Below are positions 28,897-39,114 of a stretch of DNA of 64,000 bases, in pieces. Made by a program: the position numbers and the translations under genes. Origin of the DNA: an uncultured Thermodesulfobacteriota bacterium (GTDB lineage: Bacteria > Desulfobacterota > WTBG01 > CAIYCZ01 > CAIRTM01); assembly GCA_964387595.1 (NCBI GenBank), contig CAYLYF010000005.1, forward strand, positions 2,220 through 66,219, in the 5' to 3' direction. The notes under the pieces are model-generated. The model was given only the letters and a program-made list of their open reading frames with translations, was not told the DNA's origin and searched no databases. Position 1 is the stretch's first letter; each line of letters begins with the position of its first letter.

Positions 28897-29700
28897 CTAT
28901 AACCCTCTTTCTGTAAAGAAGTCTCTGTTATAATAGTTTTCATCCTCAAACCTTCTGTTTGCCTCATCCTTTGTCAGCCATATGAAACGTTTTCCATTTT
29001 CTTCGTTTTTAAGCACGTTTTCTACCAGGAACGGCGTTACTGTTTCAACCGTATCGGCTAAGGCATTGTAAACTGGCTTTATTGATTCCAGTTTTTCCGG
29101 ATCCATTTTACGCAGATCATCAAGGAGAAAATCTGTAATAACGATTCCAGGGCTTAATGAGCCAATAACTACAGGCTCATTATCTACCTCCTGAGCCATT
29201 GATTCAGTAAAGTATCTCAAAGCTCTTTTTGTAGAACCATAGACACTTAATCCCTCAAACATGGTGTCATCACTCCCAAAACCTTCTAAATTATAGATCT
29301 GACCCCAGCCTTGCGCCAGCATTCCTCTAAGTGCAACCTGTGTTCCAAAGATGACGCCTTTAAGGTTAGTATCCACAACTGAACTTATCTGAACCGGATC
29401 AAGTTCACAAAGCAAAGCTGTGTCATTTGATATTCCGGCATTATTAATCCAAAAATCAACATTCCCGAATTTTTTTTTTGAAGCATCCCAAAGCTGCTGG
29501 ATCTGCGCAACATCTGTTACATCACAAGTCTTTCCCATGACACGGTCGATTCCAAACACATTATCCAGATTTGCAACTTCCTTATCAAGCTTTTTTCCCC
29601 CGCGCGCACTCATAACAACCGAACAGTCTCTTTTAAGACACTCTCTTGCGAGTCCTAGCCCTATTCCTTTTGAACTTCCTGTTATGACGACAGTTTTCAT
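28897..29700 (-). CDS. Short-chain dehydrogenase/reductase, tandem paralog
   Basis: 267 aa. ITGSSKGIG, WINNAG, YGSTK. Same length and colinear with 28037-28840. Confidence 0.93.
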   Translation of the reverse strand: MKTVVITGSSKGIGLGLARECLKRDCSVVMSARGGKKLDKEVANLDNVFGIDRVMGKTCDVTDVAQIQQLWDASKKKFGNVDFWINNAGISNDTALLCELDPVQISSVVDTNLKGVIFGTQVALRGMLAQGWGQIYNLEGFGSDDTMFEGLSVYGSTKRALRYFTESMAQEVDNEPVVIGSLSPGIVITDFLLDDLRKMDPEKLESIKPVYNALADTVETVTPFLVENVLKNEENGKRFIWLTKDEANRRFEDENYYNRDFFTERGL

Positions 29701-30514
29701 TAGACCCCCAATTTTTAGCTTTTAAGATTGTTCTAATAAATTATAAGCTAAACAATAAACCTTAGATGCTTTATTTTGTCAAGATTTAATAGGACTTCCA
29801 CAGGTAAGCGTTTTAAAACTTACTTTTTATAGAGTTATGAACCGTTTCTCAACATTAGCTTTTGAAATATCTGTACTTTTTATTGTACTTTAAAAAACGT
29901 ACCATAGAAATTTTTTAATTAACTTAAGCTTATGATATTACTTAATATTTTACAGTGCTCCAAAATGGCGCACTATGCTCAACACCCAATGTTTTTAAGC
30001 TAAAATTGCAGTTTTAACAAAGTTTTCCACAGGCAATTAACATTGTCTGTGGATTTCAATATATGCTACCTGAGCGCGTATCTAATACAACATATAGATA
30101 GAATGTTTTAATAGATCAGAACAAACAGGACTGCTTGTGAAAAAGCTGTGAATTGGTTAGTATAGAGGTTTTAAACCTTTGATGATCTTAAAAATTTTTT
30201 AATATTTTCAAGCAGCAGATCATTAAAAAAAGGGCCTGATGGTCCTTCTTTTAAGGGTTTAACTTCCCCTGTATTCTTTACCGGATCAACACGGCTCAAA
30301 GGCTCAATTTTGATAATATCATCTATGTAAGATTTCAAAAAATATCCCCATAAAAAAAATATATTTATCAAATTAAATAATACTCAAAGTTCATGCCAGA
30401 ATATGAATAATATTGATACTCTCCGACTACAAAAGACTTTCTCTGAGGGTTTTAAAAATGGAGGGTTTATACGCCGGGTTATTTATGATATAGGTTTTAA
30501 AACAAAACACGAAT

Positions 30515-31102
30515 ATGAGTTTTTTTATGCTAAAAGATCTAATACAAAAAAATAGAAGCTATAGAAGATTTATAGAGGATGAGCCCATATTGCGGGATAC
30601 ATTAACTGAACTCATAAACCTGGCTCGGTTCTCCCCTTCTGCCGGAAATCTTCAGCCCTTGAAATACATCCTCTCCTGTAAAAAAGAAAAAAATGAACTT
30701 ATATTTAAACACATTAAATGGGCTGCATATTTAACAGACTGGGTTGGACCGGAAAAAGGCGAAAGGCCCTCTGCTTATATCATCATTACCGGTGACAGGA
30801 ACGTTTCTTCCAATTTTTACTGTGATCATGGAATAGCAGCACAAAGCATCCTGCTGGGTGCCATCGAAAAAGGTCTTGGCGGCTGTATTATTGCAAACAT
30901 AGATAAACAAAATCTCATAAAAGATCTAAACATCCCGCAAAATCTTGAGATACTGCTTGTAATCGCCCTTGGAACTCCGGAAGAAAAAATAAAGATAGAA
31001 GGGATCCCTGAAAATAAAAGTATAAAATACTGGAGGACTGCGGACAGGACACACCACGTGCCAAAAAGATCACTTGAAGACATCATCCTGTTAGATTATT
31101 AA
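30515..31102 (+). CDS. Nitroreductase family protein
   Basis: RSYRRF, ARFSPSAGNLQP, AAQSILLGAIEKGLGGC, VPKRSLE. Confidence 0.92.
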   Translation: MSFFMLKDLIQKNRSYRRFIEDEPILRDTLTELINLARFSPSAGNLQPLKYILSCKKEKNELIFKHIKWAAYLTDWVGPEKGERPSAYIIITGDRNVSSNFYCDHGIAAQSILLGAIEKGLGGCIIANIDKQNLIKDLNIPQNLEILLVIALGTPEEKIKIEGIPENKSIKYWRTADRTHHVPKRSLEDIILLDY

Positions 31103-33564
31103 TGGAAACCAAAGATAACAACAAAGCTGAAAACCTTGATTCTATTCTTTCCGCAATAGAACGCCCCCTTTTATTTGCATCAAAAAATGATTTTTCTGCC
31201 TTTCATAACATAAAAGGTCTTGATGAGCTGATCCCTTCTTTGGCTCAAAAAGCACTCCCTTTTTTAACATCTAAAAAACCGGAAAAAGTCATAAGAGACC
31301 TGGCTAATGACTTCAAGACTTTTGAATCACTTAGTCTGGACGAAAAAAAAGAACTCATAAAATCAGCCTTGTTAAATATTACGAACTTTAATCACCCCAA
31401 AAAAAATGAAGCGCCGATAAAAGCCTCACCTGTTTCATATACAAGCTTTACCGAATGTATGCATATGCTGTCGACACCCATTGATAAAATAAAAGGAGTG
31501 GGCCCGAAGATCTCAGAAACACTTTCACGCATAAACATAAAAAACATAGAGGACCTTCTTTACCTTATACCGCGCAACTATATTGACAGGCGAAGGATAA
31601 AAAAGATATCCCAGGCAGGTCCCGGAGAACATGCAACTGTTATCGGTAAAGTCATGAGTATTTCAAGCAGAGCTTTTGCCGGAAGAAGCAAGCTGTTTGA
31701 GATCCTGATCAGCGACGGTTCACAAAACCTTTCCGCGAAATGGTTCAGGATATCCGCAAAATACCAGAACCTCCTTAAAAGCAGATTCAAAGAAGGAACA
31801 GAAGTCATTCTTTCAGGTACGATCTCAAATTTCAGATATCAAAAGGAGGTGCATCACCCTGAAATAGACATTATATCAGGAGAGGACACCTTTGAAACAA
31901 AACTTAAAATACTGTCGGTATATCCATTAACTGAAGGCATCCATCAAAAGAGCATGCAGAGGATCATGGAATACACGGTTATTAATTACTGCAGATATAT
32001 TCCGGATGTCATGCCAAAGGATATACGGGATAAATATGAACTGATGGCGCTGCAGACAGCCTTTCAGCACGTTCACTTCCCGGACACCGAAGATAACATA
32101 GACAAACTGCTTAACCTTCAATCTGATTATCACAGAAGAATTGTATTTGATGAATTTTTTATGCTCCAGGCCGTGCTTGCGTTAAGGAAAAAAGGCATCG
32201 CCATTGAACCGGGAATAGCCTTTAAGGTCCAGCAAAATAAAATTAATGAATTCTTGAGTACCCTGCCCTTCAGCTTAACCCGGGCACAGCAGAGATCCGT
32301 TGATGACATCCTAACCGACATGAAAAGACCTTTTCCCATGAACCGGCTGATACAGGGGGATGTGGGTAGCGGAAAAACCGTGGTCAGCCTGGTTGCCTGT
32401 TTATGCGCAAAACTAAACGGCTACCAGTCCGCGATTATGGCCCCAACCGAAATACTGGCTGAACAGCATTTAACCACAATTAAGTGCTTAACGGATAATC
32501 TGAATATTAAGGTCATCCTTCTGACCAGCAGTCAGCCAAAAGCAGAAAAAGATGCGGCCCTTCAAAAGATTAAAAACGGGGGATCAGATATCATCATCGG
32601 CACACATGCCCTGATCCAGGAAGGCGTTGAATTTAAAAATCTTGGATTTGCAGTCATCGATGAACAGCATAAATTCGGCGTGATGCAGCGGGCTGAGATC
32701 AAGCGCAAAGGAGAAAGCCCGGACGTCCTGGTGATGACAGCCACCCCGATCCCAAGAACGCTTGGACTAACGGTTTACGGCGACCTGGATATCTCCATCA
32801 TCAACGAACTGCCTCCGGGAAGAAAACCGATCAAGACAAAGGTCGTTCATGAAAACAGGCGGGAAGACGTATATCAGGTCATCCGGCAGGAACTTGATAA
32901 AAACAGGCAGGCCTTTATTATTTATCCGCTTGTTGAAGAATCAGAGAAAATGGATCTACTGGATGCCACAAACATGGCCTCCCATCTCCAAAAAGACATC
33001 TTCCCGGAATATAACGTGGGACTGGTTCACGGCAGAATGAAGGCTGTTGAAAAAGAGGCCATCATGAATAAGTTTAAGGATGGAACAATTCATCTTCTGG
33101 TTTCAACCACGGTTGTTGAGGTGGGCATAGATATCCCCAATGCGTCTCTGATGATCATTGAGCATGCCGAAAGGTTCGGGCTGTCACAGCTTCATCAGTT
33201 GCGCGGACGGGTGGGAAGAGGTGCGGCAGAGTCTATGTGCATCCTGCTTGCTCAGTTTAAAAAATCAGATGAAGCCAAACAAAGATTGGCTGTCATGGAA
33301 AAGACAAATGACGGCTTTAAGATCGCGGAAGAAGATTTTAATATCAGAGGCCCGGGAGAGTTCCTGGGCACCCGCCAGTCCGGCCTGCCGGATTTCCGGG
33401 TTGCACATATTGGAAGAGATATTAATATTTTAATTGAAGCCAGAAAAGCAGCCTTTGATCTTATTGACAAAGATCCTGAGCTGAAAGAAGCCGAACATCA
33501 GCAGCTTAAAAAACTGCTGTTTGAAAGATGGAAAGGAAGACTTGAACTGGCAGGTATCGGATAA
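31102..33564 (+). CDS. recG: ATP-dependent DNA helicase RecG
   Basis: 820 aa. RLIQGDVGSGKT, MAPTEILAEQH, IDEQHKFG, MTATPIPRT, GLSQLHQLRGRVGRG, DFNIRGPGE. Confidence 0.97.
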   Translation: METKDNNKAENLDSILSAIERPLLFASKNDFSAFHNIKGLDELIPSLAQKALPFLTSKKPEKVIRDLANDFKTFESLSLDEKKELIKSALLNITNFNHPKKNEAPIKASPVSYTSFTECMHMLSTPIDKIKGVGPKISETLSRINIKNIEDLLYLIPRNYIDRRRIKKISQAGPGEHATVIGKVMSISSRAFAGRSKLFEILISDGSQNLSAKWFRISAKYQNLLKSRFKEGTEVILSGTISNFRYQKEVHHPEIDIISGEDTFETKLKILSVYPLTEGIHQKSMQRIMEYTVINYCRYIPDVMPKDIRDKYELMALQTAFQHVHFPDTEDNIDKLLNLQSDYHRRIVFDEFFMLQAVLALRKKGIAIEPGIAFKVQQNKINEFLSTLPFSLTRAQQRSVDDILTDMKRPFPMNRLIQGDVGSGKTVVSLVACLCAKLNGYQSAIMAPTEILAEQHLTTIKCLTDNLNIKVILLTSSQPKAEKDAALQKIKNGGSDIIIGTHALIQEGVEFKNLGFAVIDEQHKFGVMQRAEIKRKGESPDVLVMTATPIPRTLGLTVYGDLDISIINELPPGRKPIKTKVVHENRREDVYQVIRQELDKNRQAFIIYPLVEESEKMDLLDATNMASHLQKDIFPEYNVGLVHGRMKAVEKEAIMNKFKDGTIHLLVSTTVVEVGIDIPNASLMIIEHAERFGLSQLHQLRGRVGRGAAESMCILLAQFKKSDEAKQRLAVMEKTNDGFKIAEEDFNIRGPGEFLGTRQSGLPDFRVAHIGRDINILIEARKAAFDLIDKDPELKEAEHQQLKKLLFERWKGRLELAGIG

Positions 33565-33650
33565 GCTGGAATTTCATCTCCAGCATTAATTTAAAAACAA
33601 ACCATTCATATATTAAAAATTAACTGTCCAAAAGCATACTGCGTATTAAA

Positions 33651-33678
33651 AAAAGAGGCTCCAGATGGAGCCTCTTTT
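33651..33678. terminator. Bidirectional rho-independent terminator between recG and the convergent lipoprotein gene
   Basis: AAAAGAGGCTCC-agat-GGAGCCTCTTTT: perfect 12-bp stem with A/T tails on both sides. Confidence 0.85.
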
Positions 33679-33711
33679 AAATTATCAAGGATTTAGAACA
33701 GCGATTATTTT

Positions 33712-36198
33712 CTAATTATCAATAAATGATGCAGCAACAACCTTGCCGCGCCAGTCCCACTGGGAACTGCCTCCGGTGCGCCAGACAGCAAGACCATTAA
33801 AGCCGCGTGGACGGCTATCCCATAAACCTGCAGCTTCATTAACTGATCCAGTACCCGGATTATCTTTAGGATCATTGGTCAGCTGCACCAGTTCCAACGT
33901 TCCTGCAGTAAGGTCGCAGCAAAAAACCTCTTTGTTATTATCAGGATTTTCAACACCGTACTCAAGAGCTGCAAAAACAACTATTCCATCAGAAATACTG
34001 GGATAGCATACACTTGATTGCCTGGACGAAGTGCCGTTAAAAGCATAGGAAAAATCATCAGAAGGAACATCAAAGGTAGTACCTTCTGTTATATCATGGA
34101 CAACTACCACATTGGCCGATATTTCTGCTGTATCATTATCATTATCATTGTCATGATCCCAGTTTGTACGGTTTTCCAACCAGGTAAGAAAACGTCCGTC
34201 TGTACGCACAGGACTTCCAATAGTATACGTGTAGTCTGTCGGAACAGTATCGTAAATATCTATCTCTTCAGGTGTAAGAGCATTGAGATCATAATAATAA
34301 GGATGGTTATCATTTTCCCAGACAATAAGACCATTTGAAATATTGGGACATTTATCAGGACTGGCACCTACTAATACGCCGTCTTCACTGTCATTCAGAT
34401 CATAATAATACAGGTCTGAACCGTCACGCCAGACACCAATACCGGAATCAACCGCAACTTTGACACTACTGGCAGGACCAATAGATTGTTTTTTACGGGA
34501 TGAAATATCATAAGCCCAGGCATAATAATCCCCGCCATTATCAGACCAAGTGACAAATTCACCGTCAGTCTGAGGATTTGACTCATTATTCGTATTATTT
34601 GTGATCCGTTTAAGCAGGGGCCTGCCGTCCAGATCAATGCAGTATACTTCAATCAGGTCATCTGCTTCGTAATCATCCAGTAAAAGCATATTGTCAAGAT
34701 AGCGGCTGCGTTCCAGTGCGGTAAAGGTAAGAACACCGTTTGTCACAGAAAATTTGTGAACAAACATTTCTGGTGGAGTAACAGTAACAGGTTTGGCTTT
34801 AAATACCGCCCGTTTAACAAACAAGCGAAAAGAATGGTCACGTTGAATAAATACAGCCTTGCCTCCTGCCACCGCATAAACCGGGACCTGCTGAAAATCA
34901 CAGTCTCCTGTAAGTTCTTTAAGCCTTTTAGTTGCAAAATCATACATTACCAGAACCTTGGATGGATTATGTACACTTTCATATGCAAAAGCGTCATAAA
35001 CCTTGGTTCCGTCAACTTTCAACTCAATTTCTTCATATGCTGTCTCACGGTTATTAGAAACCTGAACCCCGTTAACTGCAGTGAGGTTAGTAAGGTTATA
35101 TACAAAAATCTGATCAGTCCCATTGTCATCATCACCAATATAAGCAAAAAAACCATTCCCTGTTTCTATACTATCAATTTCTCCATCATAGGCAATAGCT
35201 GTAGGATCAGTTTGAGCATCGCCAACATCTGATTTAGCAAGATACTGGTTAGAACCATTCTCATACCAAATAAAGTAATCGGGACCAGCCACCGGATCAT
35301 CCTGATAATTCCCTGATTCAAAAATTTCAATTGAATCAGAGCTCACACCCGGTTCAAAAAAATAGGCATTTCCATCCTCAACCCAGGTAAAAATACCGTT
35401 GGCAGAACTAAAATCAGATGGACCTGTTGAAGGGTCATCATCACCGGTAAGAACCTGTGCAGCAACAGTACCGGCAGACATGTCATAAACTTCAACTGCG
35501 CCTTCATTTACAGCCCCAAGATATACTCTAGAGAGTGACTCATGATATGGATCAGCACCCACGGAAAGAGTAATATTTTCAAATACCGGTGTAAAACGTG
35601 AAAGATCAGCACGATAAACTGTAGTTTCTGAAAGATCTATAAAATCTGTTGTAGTTTCTGAAAAATCAACACTGTTTTTAATAGATGCCAAATCAAAAAC
35701 AATTGCAAAATCACCGGAAACGTATACCTTATAATTTTGCAGAGAAGAACTGCTGTCTCCAAAGGGCAGTTCAATACCTGCAGCCTTACCATTCGGACTC
35801 ATATAGTAGAATTTAGGCTTTTCACAGGAAGCAACATCTCTTCCTACAAAAGCGATGGTTTCACCGTCAAATGCAATCGGAGACGAAGAACAATAATTAA
35901 AAGCCCACGGCGTTACAGAACCGCTAAGACCGGTATCCAAAGGTCTAACCGTTATACCGTTATAGTAACTCAGGTTAATTGAACGTCCCTTCCAAACAAT
36001 CCAGTTACCGTCTGTTTCAACCTCGCGTGTATCTGCCGTTGCAGCCTGTAAAGTCTTTGCTCCGTTAGACGAAACCGCCTTCAGGGTTGCCATAATGCCG
36101 GTCGAATAATCGGTTAGTTGAGCAAAAAAACATCCATAAAGCAATAAAGCCCCCACCAAAACAGGAAGTAGAAATACATATAACTTTTTAATTTTCAT
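33712..36198 (-). CDS. Secreted lipoprotein with beta-propeller-type repeats
   Basis: 828 aa, lipobox LYGC. Recurrent xxDGxxxxW/F motifs (ETDGNWIVW, QTDGEFVTW, NISNGLIVW, RTDGRFLTW, SISDGIVVF) followed by YxYDL/VYN motifs. Confidence 0.65.
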   Translation of the reverse strand: MKIKKLYVFLLPVLVGALLLYGCFFAQLTDYSTGIMATLKAVSSNGAKTLQAATADTREVETDGNWIVWKGRSINLSYYNGITVRPLDTGLSGSVTPWAFNYCSSSPIAFDGETIAFVGRDVASCEKPKFYYMSPNGKAAGIELPFGDSSSSLQNYKVYVSGDFAIVFDLASIKNSVDFSETTTDFIDLSETTVYRADLSRFTPVFENITLSVGADPYHESLSRVYLGAVNEGAVEVYDMSAGTVAAQVLTGDDDPSTGPSDFSSANGIFTWVEDGNAYFFEPGVSSDSIEIFESGNYQDDPVAGPDYFIWYENGSNQYLAKSDVGDAQTDPTAIAYDGEIDSIETGNGFFAYIGDDDNGTDQIFVYNLTNLTAVNGVQVSNNRETAYEEIELKVDGTKVYDAFAYESVHNPSKVLVMYDFATKRLKELTGDCDFQQVPVYAVAGGKAVFIQRDHSFRLFVKRAVFKAKPVTVTPPEMFVHKFSVTNGVLTFTALERSRYLDNMLLLDDYEADDLIEVYCIDLDGRPLLKRITNNTNNESNPQTDGEFVTWSDNGGDYYAWAYDISSRKKQSIGPASSVKVAVDSGIGVWRDGSDLYYYDLNDSEDGVLVGASPDKCPNISNGLIVWENDNHPYYYDLNALTPEEIDIYDTVPTDYTYTIGSPVRTDGRFLTWLENRTNWDHDNDNDNDTAEISANVVVVHDITEGTTFDVPSDDFSYAFNGTSSRQSSVCYPSISDGIVVFAALEYGVENPDNNKEVFCCDLTAGTLELVQLTNDPKDNPGTGSVNEAAGLWDSRPRGFNGLAVWRTGGSSQWDWRGKVVAASFIDN

Positions 36199-36633
36199 TA
36201 CACACTTTCCTTTAATTATTATTAAGTTTGAAAAATATCATATTCATCCTACTTGTCAATATTAAATATAATTTAATATGCTTTAAATCATAAATTTATA
36301 ATCAATCTATCTTATTCATAGATAGTCTGGATATATATCGGTCCTATTAGGAAAAATCTGGGAAATTTGGCAGGTGCATAAATGAAAATTGCTCTAAAAT
36401 AACCCCAGGGGAAATCAGCATATGAGAAATAGAACAAAGAATAATCCGGTGACAGCATACCGGTTTTCACCTTTTGAATAAAGTACGAATTTCTCAATGA
36501 TAATCAGGGGCTGTAAAAAGGAGTTATTCTTAGGATTATTTTGACTGGCGGGGATTAATAATAAGTTTACTATTATTTGATTAGACAAAAACAGCTTTTA
36601 AATTGATACATGACTAGCTATTGACCTTATGAA

Positions 36634-36963
36634 CTAATAATCAATATTTTCCGACTTACCGGTATCCATCATACTGGTAAAACGTTTTTTTCCTCTTTTG
36701 GCTGCCTGTTGAGAAAGCGCTTTGATCTCTTTTTGGGTATTTGAATCTACTTTTCCGCCCATGGACTGTATCATCCGGTTCTCAACATTGGAAGCCAGGC
36801 CGGATTCTTCAGGTCCTGACATGTATCTAACTCTGGAAACCAGCTTTTTAACATCTGTGCTTCCGCATTTCTCACACTTGGGGTCATACTTTTCTGATAC
36901 GCTCATTACAATACAGTCAAACGCTGCATCACACTTATTGCACTGGTACTCATATATCGGCAT
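36634..36963 (-). CDS. FmdB-family zinc ribbon protein
   Basis: MPIYEYQCNKC..PKCEKCGS..KKLVS. Confidence 0.88.
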   Translation of the reverse strand: MPIYEYQCNKCDAAFDCIVMSVSEKYDPKCEKCGSTDVKKLVSRVRYMSGPEESGLASNVENRMIQSMGGKVDSNTQKEIKALSQQAAKRGKKRFTSMMDTGKSENIDY

Positions 36964-37067
36964 CGAATACTCCATCTAATAAAATTGTACTTTTGCATTA
37001 AAGACTTTAAAAAAGCCTTCACATCCCTTATTAAGCAGAACAGGTCATTTCATTCAAAGAAGAAGAA

Positions 37068-37295
37068 CTAAACATGAATGTATTTTTCCATTATCCGTTT
37101 CTGATCAGGCGGCAGCTTCTCATGTTTGGCTTTTTCAAATATTACATCAGCCATCTTAAGCGATGAAATATAATCATCGACAACTTTCTGCCTGCGTTCA
37201 TCAACGCTCAAATCCTTATAATCCGGTACCTGATAAGAAGCATAAAATGCGATCTGAAGTGTTGCGGCAATATTGGGTATGTCTTTGTGCGGCAT
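37068..37295 (-). CDS. Small hypothetical protein
   Basis: 75 aa ORF with an AAGGAG RBS, co-oriented between two real genes. Confidence 0.55.
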   Translation of the reverse strand: MPHKDIPNIAATLQIAFYASYQVPDYKDLSVDERRQKVVDDYISSLKMADVIFEKAKHEKLPPDQKRIMEKYIHV

Positions 37296-37335
37296 AATTC
37301 TTCTCCTTTAATCAAGTTAACGATTTATAAATTTG

Positions 37336-39114
37336 TTAGTCCTGCTTTAATAGTAGCGCAGTAATATACCTGTTGTCAATCGCTTCATTTGCATTAAAAC
37401 TTTTAAGTTCATCAGAAAGCAGATTAAAAGACTCCTCAAGAAAACGTTTAAAAGAACTCAAATCCGGGTCATTAAGCTCAAAACTATCTATTACCCAGTT
37501 AAACGCCTCTTCTTTAACAGCCTTTTTAATAAATATATCCTTATTGTCTGAGGGCTCAAAAGCTGTTTTAAGAAATTTTATAATATCCTTATTTGTCAAA
37601 GGATCAGGCCGTGAAATGCCCTTACAGATATTATTTACCAGCATTGTATTAAAAAGAGACATGCAGGATACAGGATTATTCTCATATGCAATACCAGACC
37701 CCGTACCTTCATTTATATATAATTCAGGATCAAGTTCGAAAAATTCAAACAACAGTCTGTTGGAAAATACAAAATCAAGAACTGATTCTTCTGTTCTTCT
37801 AACTTCATAAATACTTTTAAAATCCCTGAATGTTATTAAACCCTTTTCACCAAGACCTTCAAAATATTGGGGCCTTGCTTCAAGCAGCCCGGATATTACC
37901 TCTGCGGTCTTTGAATCTGCAAAGGAAATAAACTGTTCTCCATCCTTCTTTATTTGATCCTTGAGTCGGTTTTTCAGTTTTAAACCGGATGAATAGCCAA
38001 TCCGGAAAAGCTCTCCAGGATGAAGAGAGGTTAACAAATCAGATGCTTTTGAGATATCTTCACCTGATAATATCTCAAGACCGATATTAATATAAGCCTC
38101 AACCTTTTCAATTGCCTTTTTCTGGTCATCAATATCCCTGACCTCAAGACAATCCGCTATGATAACCTTGTTTGCAAGGTTTATAATATTTTTCTGGACA
38201 TCATGGAGCACAGCCGCATCTGAAATATGCTTAACTGCAAAGGAAAAAAAGGTCGGGGAAGCATCAATTGCAAGCAGATACCTGAACCCTGAACTATTCT
38301 CAGGCCCTGCAGCTGTTTTCTTACTGAATTTTTCCCTTAATTTTTCGATATCCCTGTCAGAAACAAACTGATAGACTTCCAGCGCTTCATCTATTTCAGG
38401 AAAACCTTTTTCAGACATCCTGACCTGCCGCCAGCGGAACGCATCCTCATCAGACTCGGCAGTAAATTCATATAAAATCGCATTGATCAATGAATAGAAA
38501 AAGCTGCTGTCATACCTGTATAAAACGCCCAGAAGCGGCATCAAAACCAGCTTGGTATCCTCATCTACAAACTGAAAATAATATACATTATCAAAGGTAT
38601 CATTGGGCATATCTTCATATTCCTCAAGAATATCCGATTCTTCCTCAAGTTTGAATATACCCATAAAGCGTTTTAAGGTTGAGATTAAAAATCTTTCATC
38701 CGCATTTTCAAACCATTCAACAACTTTTGTCTCATTACATTTACCCAGAAGAATATACCATTCCGCAATATTATTAAAATCGATTTGATCCCTGTTCCAG
38801 CAATCCACATCAATTAAGTATTGAAACTGATCATGCGTTGTCCGGGATATGATTGCAAGAGAATCCGACCTGCCCCTCTCCTTAATCGTCCAGTAGAGCT
38901 CTTCTTCCGGAAGATCCTGAACAAGGGCCTTTGGATCATCCGACATTAAAATAAGGTCCATTCGGTCTTTAAAAGGTGCTCTGATTACGAGTGCAGCTCT
39001 TTTCTCATGAGACAGGCTGTTAAACACCTTCTCTGCTGAATCCTGCGGCAGCTTTAAAAGCTTTTCAGATGAAATATTTTTAATATCAGCAATATCTGTG
39101 ATTTTTTGAGACAT
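37336..39114 (-). CDS. DUF6178-like protein
   Basis: 592 aa. LVQDLPEEELYWTIKERG..QFQYLIDVDCW, FRWRQVRMSEKGFP, LFRIGYS match my recollection of this deltaproteobacterial family. Confidence 0.6.
   Translation of the reverse strand: MSQKITDIADIKNISSEKLLKLPQDSAEKVFNSLSHEKRAALVIRAPFKDRMDLILMSDDPKALVQDLPEEELYWTIKERGRSDSLAIISRTTHDQFQYLIDVDCWNRDQIDFNNIAEWYILLGKCNETKVVEWFENADERFLISTLKRFMGIFKLEEESDILEEYEDMPNDTFDNVYYFQFVDEDTKLVLMPLLGVLYRYDSSFFYSLINAILYEFTAESDEDAFRWRQVRMSEKGFPEIDEALEVYQFVSDRDIEKLREKFSKKTAAGPENSSGFRYLLAIDASPTFFSFAVKHISDAAVLHDVQKNIINLANKVIIADCLEVRDIDDQKKAIEKVEAYINIGLEILSGEDISKASDLLTSLHPGELFRIGYSSGLKLKNRLKDQIKKDGEQFISFADSKTAEVISGLLEARPQYFEGLGEKGLITFRDFKSIYEVRRTEESVLDFVFSNRLLFEFFELDPELYINEGTGSGIAYENNPVSCMSLFNTMLVNNICKGISRPDPLTNKDIIKFLKTAFEPSDNKDIFIKKAVKEEAFNWVIDSFELNDPDLSSFKRFLEESFNLLSDELKSFNANEAIDNRYITALLLKQD

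Noticed and set aside
30171-30371. 66-aa minus-strand ORF with a vaguely FliE-like N-terminal pattern
   Set aside because: The similarity is impressionistic, the start is poorly supported and the FliE C-terminal motif is absent.
31102-31500. Long N-terminal extension on RecG
   Set aside because: As I recall, such extensions are usual in deltaproteobacterial RecG; not treated as novel.
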